Assembly: GCA_009691505.1 (NCBI GenBank)
Contig: SICJ01000002.1
Location: 1-42,070 of the forward strand
Source: Candidatus Parcubacteria bacterium
Lineage (GTDB): Bacteria; Patescibacteriota; Minisyncoccia; Phycocordibacterales; CALRHW01
Direction of reading: 5' to 3'
DNA length: 42,070 nucleotides
Position numbers and translations under genes: made by a program. Under the pieces are notes generated by a model that did no database searches, was not told the origin of the DNA, and saw only the letters and a program-made list of their open reading frames with translations. This document shows positions 32,699 through 41,228 of this stretch, piece after piece. How positions within the stretch are numbered: position 1 is the stretch's first letter; each line of letters starts with the position of its first letter.

Positions 32699-34090
32699 TT
32701 AGAAATCCTTAAACTCTTTATCCGCTCCGCCAAAATTGTCACGCGCGACACTTTGGAAAGTAGCTTTTTTGTCATTAAAATATAAATCAATTTTTCCTGT
32801 AGGACCATTACGATGTTTCTCAATTAAAATTTCGGCGATATTTGTGCGCTCACTTGCTTCTTTAAATTTATCTTCACGATGAATAAACATCACGACGTCA
32901 GCATCTTGCTCAATAGATCCAGAATCTCGCAAATCAGAAAGACGAGGCTTGCCACCGCGAGACTCCACAGCACGAGAAAGCTGGGAAAGCGCGAGCACTG
33001 GCACTTTTAGCTCACGGGCAAGATTTTTTAATGAACGAGAAATTTCGGTTACTTGTTGCACGAGATTGTCTCCAGCACGGGAATTGGTAGGAACCATGAG
33101 TTGTAAGTAGTCCACGATAATAAGTCCGAGCCCTTTTTCGCGTTTGAGCCGACGTGCAACAGAACGCATTTTAAGAATATTGTTGCCAGCTTGGTCATCT
33201 ATATAAATTGGTGCAGTTGCTAGCTTATCTAGCGCCTGACGGATAGAAGCAAAGTCATCTTGATTTGTGATTTTTCCTGTTCGCAGTTTCCAAGAATCCA
33301 CATCAGCTTGCGACGCGAGCATTCTATCCACAAGTTGTTGTGAGCTCATTTCCAAAGAAAAAATGCCGACAGGCGTGCCGTGGTTGATTGCAGTCTGACG
33401 AGCTATGTCTAAAGCGAGCGCGGTTTTTCCCATTGATGGTCGTGCCGCTAAAATGATCAGGTCAGACTCTTGAAGGCCTGCGAGATGTTCATCTAATGCT
33501 GTGAAGCCGGTAGGAATTCCGCGGAGCCCGCCTTTTGAATTATGTAATCTATCAAAACGTTCCCACGCTTCGTTTAGCGTATCTTTTAGTTCAATAAATT
33601 TGTGAGCTGTACTATTTCCACTTGTCGCTTCCACCATTCTTTTATCGGCTTTGTCTAAAATAATTTCCAAATCTTCTGCCTCATCAAAACCGAGCTGGCA
33701 GACGTATTCAGACGCATCTATAAGTCCGCGCATCATACTTTTTTTGTGAATGATGTCGCCGTAGTGTTTTATATTTGCAGAAGAGGGGACGACGTGTACA
33801 AGCTCGGTTAAATAAGTGTTACCTCCGATTTGGTCAAGCATGTTTTTTTCCTTCAAACGTGAAGAAAGTGAAAGTAAATCAATCGGCTGATTTTTTTTGA
33901 ATAGCTCAAACATCGTGTCAAAAATCATACGATGCCGTTCAGAATAAAATGACGCAGATGAAAGAGTGTCTATAATTTCATGAATGGCTTCCGGACGAAG
34001 CATAATAGAACCGAGTAGAGCCATCTCAGCTTCTATGCTTTGTGGAGGAATTCTTATTGCGCGGTTTTTATTTTTATTATTGTCGCTCAT
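32699..34090 (-). CDS. dnaB: Replicative DNA helicase DnaB
   Basis: PPQSIEAEMALLGS N-terminus and Walker A GARPSMGKTA. No intein. Confidence 0.95.
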   Translation of the reverse strand: MSDNNKNKNRAIRIPPQSIEAEMALLGSIMLRPEAIHEIIDTLSSASFYSERHRMIFDTMFELFKKNQPIDLLSLSSRLKEKNMLDQIGGNTYLTELVHVVPSSANIKHYGDIIHKKSMMRGLIDASEYVCQLGFDEAEDLEIILDKADKRMVEATSGNSTAHKFIELKDTLNEAWERFDRLHNSKGGLRGIPTGFTALDEHLAGLQESDLIILAARPSMGKTALALDIARQTAINHGTPVGIFSLEMSSQQLVDRMLASQADVDSWKLRTGKITNQDDFASIRQALDKLATAPIYIDDQAGNNILKMRSVARRLKREKGLGLIIVDYLQLMVPTNSRAGDNLVQQVTEISRSLKNLARELKVPVLALSQLSRAVESRGGKPRLSDLRDSGSIEQDADVVMFIHREDKFKEASERTNIAEILIEKHRNGPTGKIDLYFNDKKATFQSVARDNFGGADKEFKDF

Positions 34091-34097
34091 TGCAACA

Positions 34098-34106
34098 ATA
34101 CTAACA
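34098..34106 (-). promoter_or_regulatory. Extended -10 (TGtTAGTAT on the minus strand), 7 nt before the dnaB ATG
   Basis: The minus strand reads TGtTAGTAT, then tgttgca, then ATG. Confidence 0.5.
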
Positions 34107-34189
34107 TGGTGTGGTCGGCGCGTGAAAGTTAAAAAACTTGATAGACTGTGGTTAAACTGTGGAGAACGAAAAGTGCATTTATTTCTTCT

Positions 34190-35608
34190 TTAGACTTTCT
34201 TGAGTTTTGTGCCGTTTTCGGTATCTTTAAGCTCAAAACCCTGTTTTAATATATCGTCACGAAGCTCATCAGCATGTTTCCAGTCATTGTTTTTGCGGGC
34301 GATTTCCCGTTCTTTGACCAGTTTTTTCACGGTGTCGGGTATTTTTTTGTCGGTTTTGGCGAGAGCGAACACTTCTTTCGCAAGAGTTTTTAAACTTAAT
34401 CCAAGCACTTTGTCAAATTCGTTTAAGGTCGCTTTTTTATCTCGCGCAGAAACAGTCTTGTCGCGTATCATGTTCCACATTTCAGCGATAGCACCAGGAG
34501 TGTTCAAATCATTATTTACATGCGTTTCAAATTTTTCCAGCCATTTTTTACTAATTTTTCCAAAACTTGGAAGCTCGCTATAAACACGCACAAGTTTCAT
34601 AAGCGCTACATTTGCACTTTCAAGTGGCTCCCAAGCAAAAGTAATAGGAGAACGATAGTGTGCGGTCAGTAACCAGTAGCGATAACTCACAGGATTTATT
34701 TTACGCGCAACAACATCTGCGAGCCGTAAAAATCCACCAGCAGATTTTGCCATTTTTTCGCCCGAGCCAATTCCAGAACTCGCCATATTTACAAAAGCAT
34801 TGTGAAGCCAAAATCGCACATACTCTTTTCCTGTTGCACATTCAGACTGAGCGATTTCGTTATTGTGATGAACAGGAATGTGGTCAATTCCGCCTGTGTG
34901 TATATCAAAAGTTTCACCGAGATATTTCATCGCCATAGCCGAACATTCTATGTGCCAGCCGGGGAAACCTACACCCCACGGAGACTGCCACTCTTGCTGA
35001 CGTTTTTCGTGAGGCTCAGCAAATTTCCACAGTGCAAAATCAGTATTGTGTTTTTTTTGCGAGTTTATAGTAACGCGCGCACCTTCTTTTAAATGCGCCA
35101 AATCAATGTTGCCAAGCTTCCCGTACGGCTTAAATTTTTGCGTATCAAAATAAATTCCGTCTGAAGTTTTATATGTAAAACCTTTTTGCTCTAAAGTTTT
35201 TATAAGGTCAATCTGCTCAGCAATATGCTCTGTCGCTCGCGGAAATTTTATATCGTGCACATCTATATTGAGCATTTTTAGATCTTCCATAAACGCCAAA
35301 GTGTAAAAAGCGATTACTTCTCTCGCGGTTTTGCCTTCCTTGCGTGCACCTTCTTCAATTTTATCGCGTCCTTCGTCACCATCACCAAGTAAGTGACCTA
35401 CGTCAGTAATATTTATTACCTGATTAACTTTATATTTATTGTAAATAAGCATGCGCTTCAAAATGTCCGCAAAAACATAAGACCGTAGATTTCCGATATG
35501 CGCATAGTTGTAAACAGTCGGTCCGCAATTATACATACCCACTTTTTTCTTTTCCAGTGAAGAAAAAGGCTCTTTTCCTCCAGACATTGTATTCCAAAGA
35601 GTAATCAT
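34190..35608 (-). CDS. cysS: Cysteine--tRNA ligase
   Basis: HIGN and KMAKS class I signatures. Confidence 0.94.
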   Translation of the reverse strand: MITLWNTMSGGKEPFSSLEKKKVGMYNCGPTVYNYAHIGNLRSYVFADILKRMLIYNKYKVNQVINITDVGHLLGDGDEGRDKIEEGARKEGKTAREVIAFYTLAFMEDLKMLNIDVHDIKFPRATEHIAEQIDLIKTLEQKGFTYKTSDGIYFDTQKFKPYGKLGNIDLAHLKEGARVTINSQKKHNTDFALWKFAEPHEKRQQEWQSPWGVGFPGWHIECSAMAMKYLGETFDIHTGGIDHIPVHHNNEIAQSECATGKEYVRFWLHNAFVNMASSGIGSGEKMAKSAGGFLRLADVVARKINPVSYRYWLLTAHYRSPITFAWEPLESANVALMKLVRVYSELPSFGKISKKWLEKFETHVNNDLNTPGAIAEMWNMIRDKTVSARDKKATLNEFDKVLGLSLKTLAKEVFALAKTDKKIPDTVKKLVKEREIARKNNDWKHADELRDDILKQGFELKDTENGTKLKKV

Positions 35609-36519
35609 AACCAGTGTTTAAACTTAAAAAAAGAAAACATCACTACTCCGACAGCAAAAATTCCACCGATGAGTATCCAAAAATCATTTGGCTGACCAAT
35701 AAGCGGTCTAGCGACAGTGTCTATCTGAAATACTGAAACGATGAGAGAAAGCGGAACGGCAATAAAAGCCATAATAGTAAGAACTTTTGTAATTTCATTT
35801 CCTTTTGTGTCTAGTAGAGAATTATTTGTTTCGCGAAGTTCAACTACGACGTCACGTAAGTTTTTAATTGTGTTTTGAATTTTGTGGTACTCTTCAAGAG
35901 CCACACGCGTGTATAAAGAAAAATGATTTCCTAAAGCTTTTTTGCCGATAATTTCAAGTGAGATAAGCACTTCTTTATGTGCGTCCATTGTTTTTTGAAA
36001 ATCAAGAAGAGTGCGACTTACATTTGATAAATCAAAAACCATATTACGTTCGTCTCCTTTAAAAATCTTGTTTTCAATATTTTTCTGCCAGCTTTCAATA
36101 TATGACAACTCATCAAAAATTGTGCTGTAAATTTCCTTCAAAATCATATAGAAAATATAACCAGTAGGATATTCTATATTTTTTTTATCTAAAATTGAGC
36201 TCACTTCTAGCTGTTTTGCAAATTTATGAAGAGCATCTACTGTGTCGTAGCGTGCCGTCACAAGAAAATCGCGACCGATTATGAAATCCACTTCTTGCGT
36301 GGTTTTATCAGAGTGACTGTGTTTAAAAGCTGGAAAATGTAAGACAAGATAAATAAAATCATGATAAAGCTCAACACGAGGTTTTATAGATGGTTTGGAA
36401 AGTTCGTTTGCAATGACGCCGTCAATTTTAAACTCTTTTATAATGTCATCAACATCTTTATCTGTCGGATGATCTAGGTCTAGCCAAGTAATTCCTTTGT
36501 AAGAATATCTTTGTATCAT
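35605..36519 (-). CDS. CorA-family divalent cation transporter homolog lacking the GMN motif
   Basis: CorA-like cytoplasmic domain and two C-terminal TM helices. The position of YGMNF reads SVFQID. Confidence 0.7.
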   Translation of the reverse strand: MIQRYSYKGITWLDLDHPTDKDVDDIIKEFKIDGVIANELSKPSIKPRVELYHDFIYLVLHFPAFKHSHSDKTTQEVDFIIGRDFLVTARYDTVDALHKFAKQLEVSSILDKKNIEYPTGYIFYMILKEIYSTIFDELSYIESWQKNIENKIFKGDERNMVFDLSNVSRTLLDFQKTMDAHKEVLISLEIIGKKALGNHFSLYTRVALEEYHKIQNTIKNLRDVVVELRETNNSLLDTKGNEITKVLTIMAFIAVPLSLIVSVFQIDTVARPLIGQPNDFWILIGGIFAVGVVMFSFFKFKHWL

Positions 36520-36607
36520 GTGTTAATTTCTTTTAATTATAAAAGTTATTGCGAGTTTGGGCAAGGACGCAAAGGCGTGTATGATGTTTGACCACTGCAC
36601 ACGATTT

Positions 36608-36616
36608 TGAGATAAT
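36608..36616 (+). promoter_or_regulatory. Extended -10 (TGaGATAAT) with TTGACC 17 nt upstream, for the S41 protease gene
   Basis: TTGACC-17-GATAAT, preceded by TGa. Confidence 0.5.
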
Positions 36617-36626
36617 AAAATGACAA

Positions 36627-37859
36627 ATGGATTCACGGTTTTCTAAACATAGAATTTTTGTAATAGCTTCACTCCTTATAGTAGGAGCTTCTTTTTTTTG
36701 CGGATATTATTTTGGTTCTCAAAGCATAAATGAAACCAAAAGCTCCGCCAACTTAGAAAATAAAAACCCAACTTCTTTTGTAAATGCCAATTTTGCGCCG
36801 TTTTGGAAAGCTTGGGATATTCTAAATGAAAAACATGTTTCATCAAGCTCTTCTACTCCTGTTCTTGCCGACCAAGACAAAATTTGGGGCGCGATAGGGG
36901 GTTTGGCCGATTCTTTTGGTGACCCTTACACGATTTTCTTGCCTCCAGCAGACGCAGAGATATTTGAAAGCGACATAAGTGGCAATTTTCAAGGTGTAGG
37001 AATGGAAATTGGAATGCGCGACGGGATACTCACTGTTATTTCTCCACTAAAAGGCACTCCAGCTCAAAGATCAGGAATTCTTTCTGGTGATAAAATTTTG
37101 AAAATTGATGACACTTCCACCGCCAAACTTAATTCTGAGGAGGCAATAAAACTTATTCGTGGAAAAGAGGGAACTAAAGTAAAATTTACTATTTTACGCG
37201 GCGTTGAAAGTGTCCCAATTGAAATTTATGTGACTCGTGCGACGATAGACATACCGACTATCAGTACTCATCTACGAAATGACGGCATATTTGTAATTGA
37301 ACTTTATAATTTTTCTGCAGTGTCCGCTGATTTGTTTAGAAAATCTCTTCGCAACTTTGTGTCTTCTGGAAGTAAAAAACTCGTGCTGGATTTACGTGGA
37401 AATCCCGGAGGATATTTGGAAGCAAGCATAGATATGGCGAGTTGGTTTTTGCCACTCGGCGATGAGGTAGTGCGAGAAGATTTTGGAACAAATGAAGACG
37501 AGATTGTGCATAGAAGTAAAGGTTATAATATTTTTAATGACAAATTAAAAATGGCGGTACTTATAGATGGTGGCTCAGCATCCGCTTCAGAGATTTTAGC
37601 TGGCGCTCTTCAAGAGCATAATGTAGCAAAACTTGTCGGTGTAAACTCATACGGAAAAGGCTCTGTGCAAGAACTCATAAAAATCACTCCAGACACTTCT
37701 TTAAAGGTGACTATCGCTCGTTGGCTCACACCAAACGGTAAATCTATTTCAGATGGCGGGCTCAAGCCTGACATTGAAGTAAAAAAGACTGAAGATGATA
37801 TAAAAAAGGGTCTTGATCCACAAATGTCTTCGGCTATTGAGTATTTAATGAAAAAGTGA
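36627..37859 (+). CDS. Carboxy-terminal processing protease (S41) with PDZ domain
   Basis: PDZ segment (GILSGDKILKIDD), RGNPGGYL, and the GGSASASEILAGAL catalytic Ser region. Confidence 0.9.
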   Translation: MDSRFSKHRIFVIASLLIVGASFFCGYYFGSQSINETKSSANLENKNPTSFVNANFAPFWKAWDILNEKHVSSSSSTPVLADQDKIWGAIGGLADSFGDPYTIFLPPADAEIFESDISGNFQGVGMEIGMRDGILTVISPLKGTPAQRSGILSGDKILKIDDTSTAKLNSEEAIKLIRGKEGTKVKFTILRGVESVPIEIYVTRATIDIPTISTHLRNDGIFVIELYNFSAVSADLFRKSLRNFVSSGSKKLVLDLRGNPGGYLEASIDMASWFLPLGDEVVREDFGTNEDEIVHRSKGYNIFNDKLKMAVLIDGGSASASEILAGALQEHNVAKLVGVNSYGKGSVQELIKITPDTSLKVTIARWLTPNGKSISDGGLKPDIEVKKTEDDIKKGLDPQMSSAIEYLMKK

Positions 37860-37889
37860 TAGAAATAGGCTTATTAAAAATGAAACATC

Positions 37890-38336
37890 ATGAAAATAAT
37901 ATTACTTAAAACTGTGCCGAAGGTAGGACAAAAATATGAGGTGAAAGACATTTCAGATGGACACGCGCTCAATTTTCTTATCCCAAAAAAGCTCGCGGAA
38001 GTGGCGACTCCTTCTGCTATAAAAAGAATCGGACTATTGCAAGCAAAAGACATGCAAGAAAAAAATATTCACGCAGACTTGCTCGCTAAAAACCTAGAGG
38101 ATATAAAAGGTGCACGTGTAGAATTTACAGAAAAAGCGAGCGACAAAGGGCATCTTTTTTCAAGTATTCATAAAGAGCGTATCGTGGAGGCTCTCAAAGC
38201 ACAGACTCGGCTAGACATAAATGCTGATTTTATAGATTTGGCAAAACCTATTAAAGAAGTTGGTGAACATAAAGTGACTGTAAAAGTGGGGGACAAAAGC
38301 GTGGAGTTTTTGGTGGTGGTTAATTCAGTAAAATAA
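37890..38336 (+). CDS. rplI: 50S ribosomal protein L9
   Basis: MKIILLKTVPKVGQKYEVKDISDGHALNFLIP is typical of bL9. Confidence 0.93.
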   Translation: MKIILLKTVPKVGQKYEVKDISDGHALNFLIPKKLAEVATPSAIKRIGLLQAKDMQEKNIHADLLAKNLEDIKGARVEFTEKASDKGHLFSSIHKERIVEALKAQTRLDINADFIDLAKPIKEVGEHKVTVKVGDKSVEFLVVVNSVK

Positions 38337-38439
38337 AAATAACCTCAAAAAGGGTACGGATTTTTTAAGCTTAAAAAATCCTGAAGCGCTCGGCTCGTCA
38401 GCCTCGCGACCCCCTTTTTGAGGTTATTTTTATTTTACT
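38327..38439. repeat. Palindromic element B: perfect 28-bp inverted repeat around a 57-nt core with an AT hairpin and a GC hairpin
   Basis: 38327-38354 is the exact reverse complement of 38412-38439. The core holds the perfect 24-nt palindrome GGATTTTTTAAGCTTAAAAAATCC (38358-38381) and CGC-tc-GGC...GCC-tc-GCG (38387-38408). The left arm overlaps the rplI stop. Confidence 0.9.
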
Positions 38440-38441
38440 AC

Positions 38442-38714
38442 CTAACCAACATGCACAATCTTTTTGATTTTGAAAGAGTTGTCAAAATGAGTCTTGCGAG
38501 TTTTTGCAAATTGCACGATACCATCTTTTAAAGCGAAAAGTGTTCGGTCTTTTCCCATTCCCACGTTTCGGCCAGGAAGCACGTCTGTACCTCTTTGACG
38601 CACTATAATAGAGCCAGCTTTTGCTACTCCTCCCGCAGTGATCTTTACACCGAGGTACTTTGGATTTGAATCTCTGCCGTTTTTGGTTGACCCACCGGCT
38701 TTTTTGGTTGCCAT
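38442..38714 (-). CDS. rpmA: 50S ribosomal protein L27
   Basis: [24 protein letters not shown]... is typical of bL27. Confidence 0.95.
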   Translation of the reverse strand: MATKKAGGSTKNGRDSNPKYLGVKITAGGVAKAGSIIVRQRGTDVLPGRNVGMGKDRTLFALKDGIVQFAKTRKTHFDNSFKIKKIVHVG

Positions 38715-38754
38715 ACTATATTATTTATATATAATCTGTTAAAATATCAGTCAA

Positions 38755-39396
38755 ATGAGTATAAAAGATAATCTCCTAAAAATCAAGTATAAAAACCCAC
38801 TTATAGGCAAAACAGCCGTTTTTGCCCTTATTTTTGGGCTCGTTTTCATATTCTCATTCCAGCTTGGGAGACTTACGACCTTAAGTGATGCAAGGACACC
38901 CATTGTTCTGGGGTCATTTGAAACGACAGTTTTGGCGTCAGCCGAGCCATCAAAAACTACTTCCGAAACTACTCCCGAGAGCAAAAAAGAACAAAAAATT
39001 TCTGCTGGCGCAGTGGTCGCTTCAAAGCAAGGTAAAACTTATCATTTACCAAGTTGTCCTGGTGCAAAAAACATTGCCCCAGAAAATAAAATCACTTTTA
39101 CTTCACGGGCGATAGCGCAAAAAGCTGGCTACTCTCCCGCAAAAAATTGTAAAGGTCTTTCCGCATTAAAAAGCGGACTCACTGCCAACCTCAATATTGA
39201 AACTGGTAAAAAGGACGGGGTGGTCGCTGTACCACTTTTTGCAGTCACAAAAAAAGGCAACAAATCTTATGTTCAAAAAGTTTCTGGAGAAAATGCCGTG
39301 CAAACTGAAGTGACTCTTGGAATCGTTGGTCAAGATGGAATGACTGAAGTATTGTCTGGTCTCGGCGAGGGCGATACGGTAGAAGTAGGTCAATAA
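38755..39396 (+). CDS. Composite membrane-anchored protein: TM, then a YHxPxC metal-binding-like module, then a C-terminal barrel resembling efflux adaptor (HlyD/MacA) tails
   Basis: KTYHLPSCPGAKNIAPENKITFTSRAIAQKAGYSPAKNC, then GVVAVPLFAVTKKGNKSYVQKVSGENAVQTEVTLGIVGQDGMTEVLSGLGEGDTVEV. Confidence 0.5.
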   Translation: MSIKDNLLKIKYKNPLIGKTAVFALIFGLVFIFSFQLGRLTTLSDARTPIVLGSFETTVLASAEPSKTTSETTPESKKEQKISAGAVVASKQGKTYHLPSCPGAKNIAPENKITFTSRAIAQKAGYSPAKNCKGLSALKSGLTANLNIETGKKDGVVAVPLFAVTKKGNKSYVQKVSGENAVQTEVTLGIVGQDGMTEVLSGLGEGDTVEVGQ

Positions 39397-39411
39397 ATTA
39401 AATTTAGAAAA

Positions 39412-40326
39412 ATGTTTAAGATTTTACTTTTTTATAAATATGTAAACATAGACGACCCTCGTGCGTGTATGTACGAGCAACGTCGTCTATGCGAAAAATT
39501 TGGATTGAAGGGTCGGATAATAATTGCCAAAGAGGGGATTAATGCAACTCTTGAGGGCACAGAAGAAAATACAGACGCTTATTTAAAAATTTTTCTGAGT
39601 GACGAGTGTTTTAAAGATACTCATATCAAAAGAAGTGTCGGCACGGGAGATGCTTTCCCAAGACTTTCAATAAAAGTGCGGAACGATCTTGTGAGTGACG
39701 CCTTTGGCGTTGAACTAGATCCTACAAAAGAAACAGGTAAACGTCTTGCACCAGAAAAACTAAACGAATGGCTAGAAAAAAAGCCCGGCACTTTCCATAT
39801 TATTGATATGCGAAATGACTATGAGTATCGCGTTGGACATTTTGACGGTTCAATACTCATGGATATCAAAAATTTTCGCGATTTACCGCAAGCACTCGCG
39901 CAGATAGCTCATTTAAAAAACGAGCCAGTTGTTCCTGTTTGTACTGGCGGAGTGCGTTGCGAAAAGGCCTCTACTTTGCTCATAAAAGAGGGTTTTAAGG
40001 ATGTTTATCAGCTAGATGGGGGGATCGTCAGTTATATGGAAAAATACCCAGGAAAAGACTTTAGGGGTTCTTTATATGTATTTGATAACCGAAAGGTAAT
40101 GAATTTCACCGACCCCGACAAACATGTGATGATAGGGGAATGCGATATTTGTCAAAAACATTCAGAAAATTATGCAAACTGCTCTCTTGATACCTGTCAT
40201 AGGCACTTTATTTGCTGTGAAAACTGTCAAAATAATCAAAATGGGTACAGTTTCTGCTCCCAAAATTGTCAGGAACGATACTTCACTGAAAATCCCGTTC
40301 AAGCTGGCATCAAGTCAGTTGTCTAA
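39412..40326 (+). CDS. trhO: Rhodanese-domain tRNA uridine(34) hydroxylase TrhO (UPF0176/YceA)
   Basis: MFKILLFYKY N-terminus, the rhodanese active-site loop CTGGVRCEKA, and a Cys-rich tail. Confidence 0.85.
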   Translation: MFKILLFYKYVNIDDPRACMYEQRRLCEKFGLKGRIIIAKEGINATLEGTEENTDAYLKIFLSDECFKDTHIKRSVGTGDAFPRLSIKVRNDLVSDAFGVELDPTKETGKRLAPEKLNEWLEKKPGTFHIIDMRNDYEYRVGHFDGSILMDIKNFRDLPQALAQIAHLKNEPVVPVCTGGVRCEKASTLLIKEGFKDVYQLDGGIVSYMEKYPGKDFRGSLYVFDNRKVMNFTDPDKHVMIGECDICQKHSENYANCSLDTCHRHFICCENCQNNQNGYSFCSQNCQERYFTENPVQAGIKSVV

Positions 40327-40385
40327 AATAGCTATAAAACCCAGTATTTAAGCCATATTTATACCACAGAAAACTCATTTTGTCG

Positions 40386-40414
40386 TTGACAGACTAGACA
40401 GGATATGCTATTAT
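40386..40414 (+). promoter_or_regulatory. Promoter TTGACA-17-TATTAT with TGc extension
   Basis: Consensus -35, 17-nt spacer and extended -10. The transcript would begin with the hairpin CTCAG-ttagcg-CTGAG followed by T6 (40423-40444). Confidence 0.6.
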
Positions 40415-40485
40415 GTACACATCTCAGTTAGCGCTGAGTTTTTTATTTGGATAAACCGAAAGGCATAATCCAAGTAAACAAATTT

Positions 40486-40977
40486 ATGTTAAATATGACA
40501 GCAACTAGTCTTTATATGGTACTTGCAAGCCTTACCGGTAATACGGGAAGTGCTCAGCTTGTCCAAATTCCTACAAACATACAACCACAACTTGTGGAGG
40601 AAAAATCAACTCAAAAACAAGAGGCGGAAAAAAACGTATCAACAGAGGCTTATGTTAGAAACTATTTTGCAGATCTTCCTATTATGATTGAAGTTGCTCG
40701 ATGTGAGTCTCATTTTAGACAAACAGATAGCAATGGAAAAGTTTTACGAGGTAAAGAAAATCGCTTTGACGTTGGTGTGATGCAGATAAATGAATATTAC
40801 CATGCTAATACAGCAAAAAGGCTCGGATATAATATTTACAGCACAGAAGGCAACACAGCTTTTGCTCGGTATCTTTATGAAAAAAATGGTATTAAAGATT
40901 GGAAACCTTCGTGGGATTGTTCAACAAAGTCAAATCAGATTGCGATGCGTACTGATAGTGGGGTGAGTTGGGAATAA
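40486..40977 (+). CDS. Secreted lytic transglycosylase-like (SLT/lysozyme-like) protein
   Basis: ARCESHF (catalytic Glu context) and DVGVMQIN motifs after a signal/TM segment. I placed the start at the ATG at 40486; the ORF opens at the TTG at 40447. Confidence 0.75.
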   Translation: MLNMTATSLYMVLASLTGNTGSAQLVQIPTNIQPQLVEEKSTQKQEAEKNVSTEAYVRNYFADLPIMIEVARCESHFRQTDSNGKVLRGKENRFDVGVMQINEYYHANTAKRLGYNIYSTEGNTAFARYLYEKNGIKDWKPSWDCSTKSNQIAMRTDSGVSWE

Positions 40978-40984
40978 AAATTAC

Positions 40985-41018
40985 AAAAAAGACTCTTGCT
41001 AAAGCGAGGGTCTTTTTT
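40985..41018 (+). terminator. Intrinsic terminator
   Basis: AGACTCTTGC-taaa-GCGAGGGTCT followed by TTTTTT. Confidence 0.8.
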
Positions 41019-41063
41019 GTTTGTTTAAAAAATTATGATACAATAAATTTACAACTAAATAGT

Positions 41064-41219
41064 TGATTATCAAGAGAGTGGCGAGAACACTGGTTCTAGG
41101 ACCCACCGGCAACCAATTAGAAATAATAAGGTGCTAAATCCAGCCAAAGTATTGCGAAAGCAATATTATGGAAAGATAAGACTAGTCATCTATCTTTCCT
41201 CTTTATGAGGAATTTTTTA
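41064..41219 (+). promoter_or_regulatory. SAM-I (S-box) riboswitch with terminator/antiterminator platform
   Basis: TTATCAAGAGAG...GGCAACC...GGTGCTAAATCC...AGATAAG matches the S-box core. The antiterminator is GGAAAGATA/TATCTTTCC. The terminator is TTCCTC-tttat-GAGGAA plus T6 (41196-41218). Confidence 0.88.
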
Positions 41220-41228
41220 TTTAAAAAA

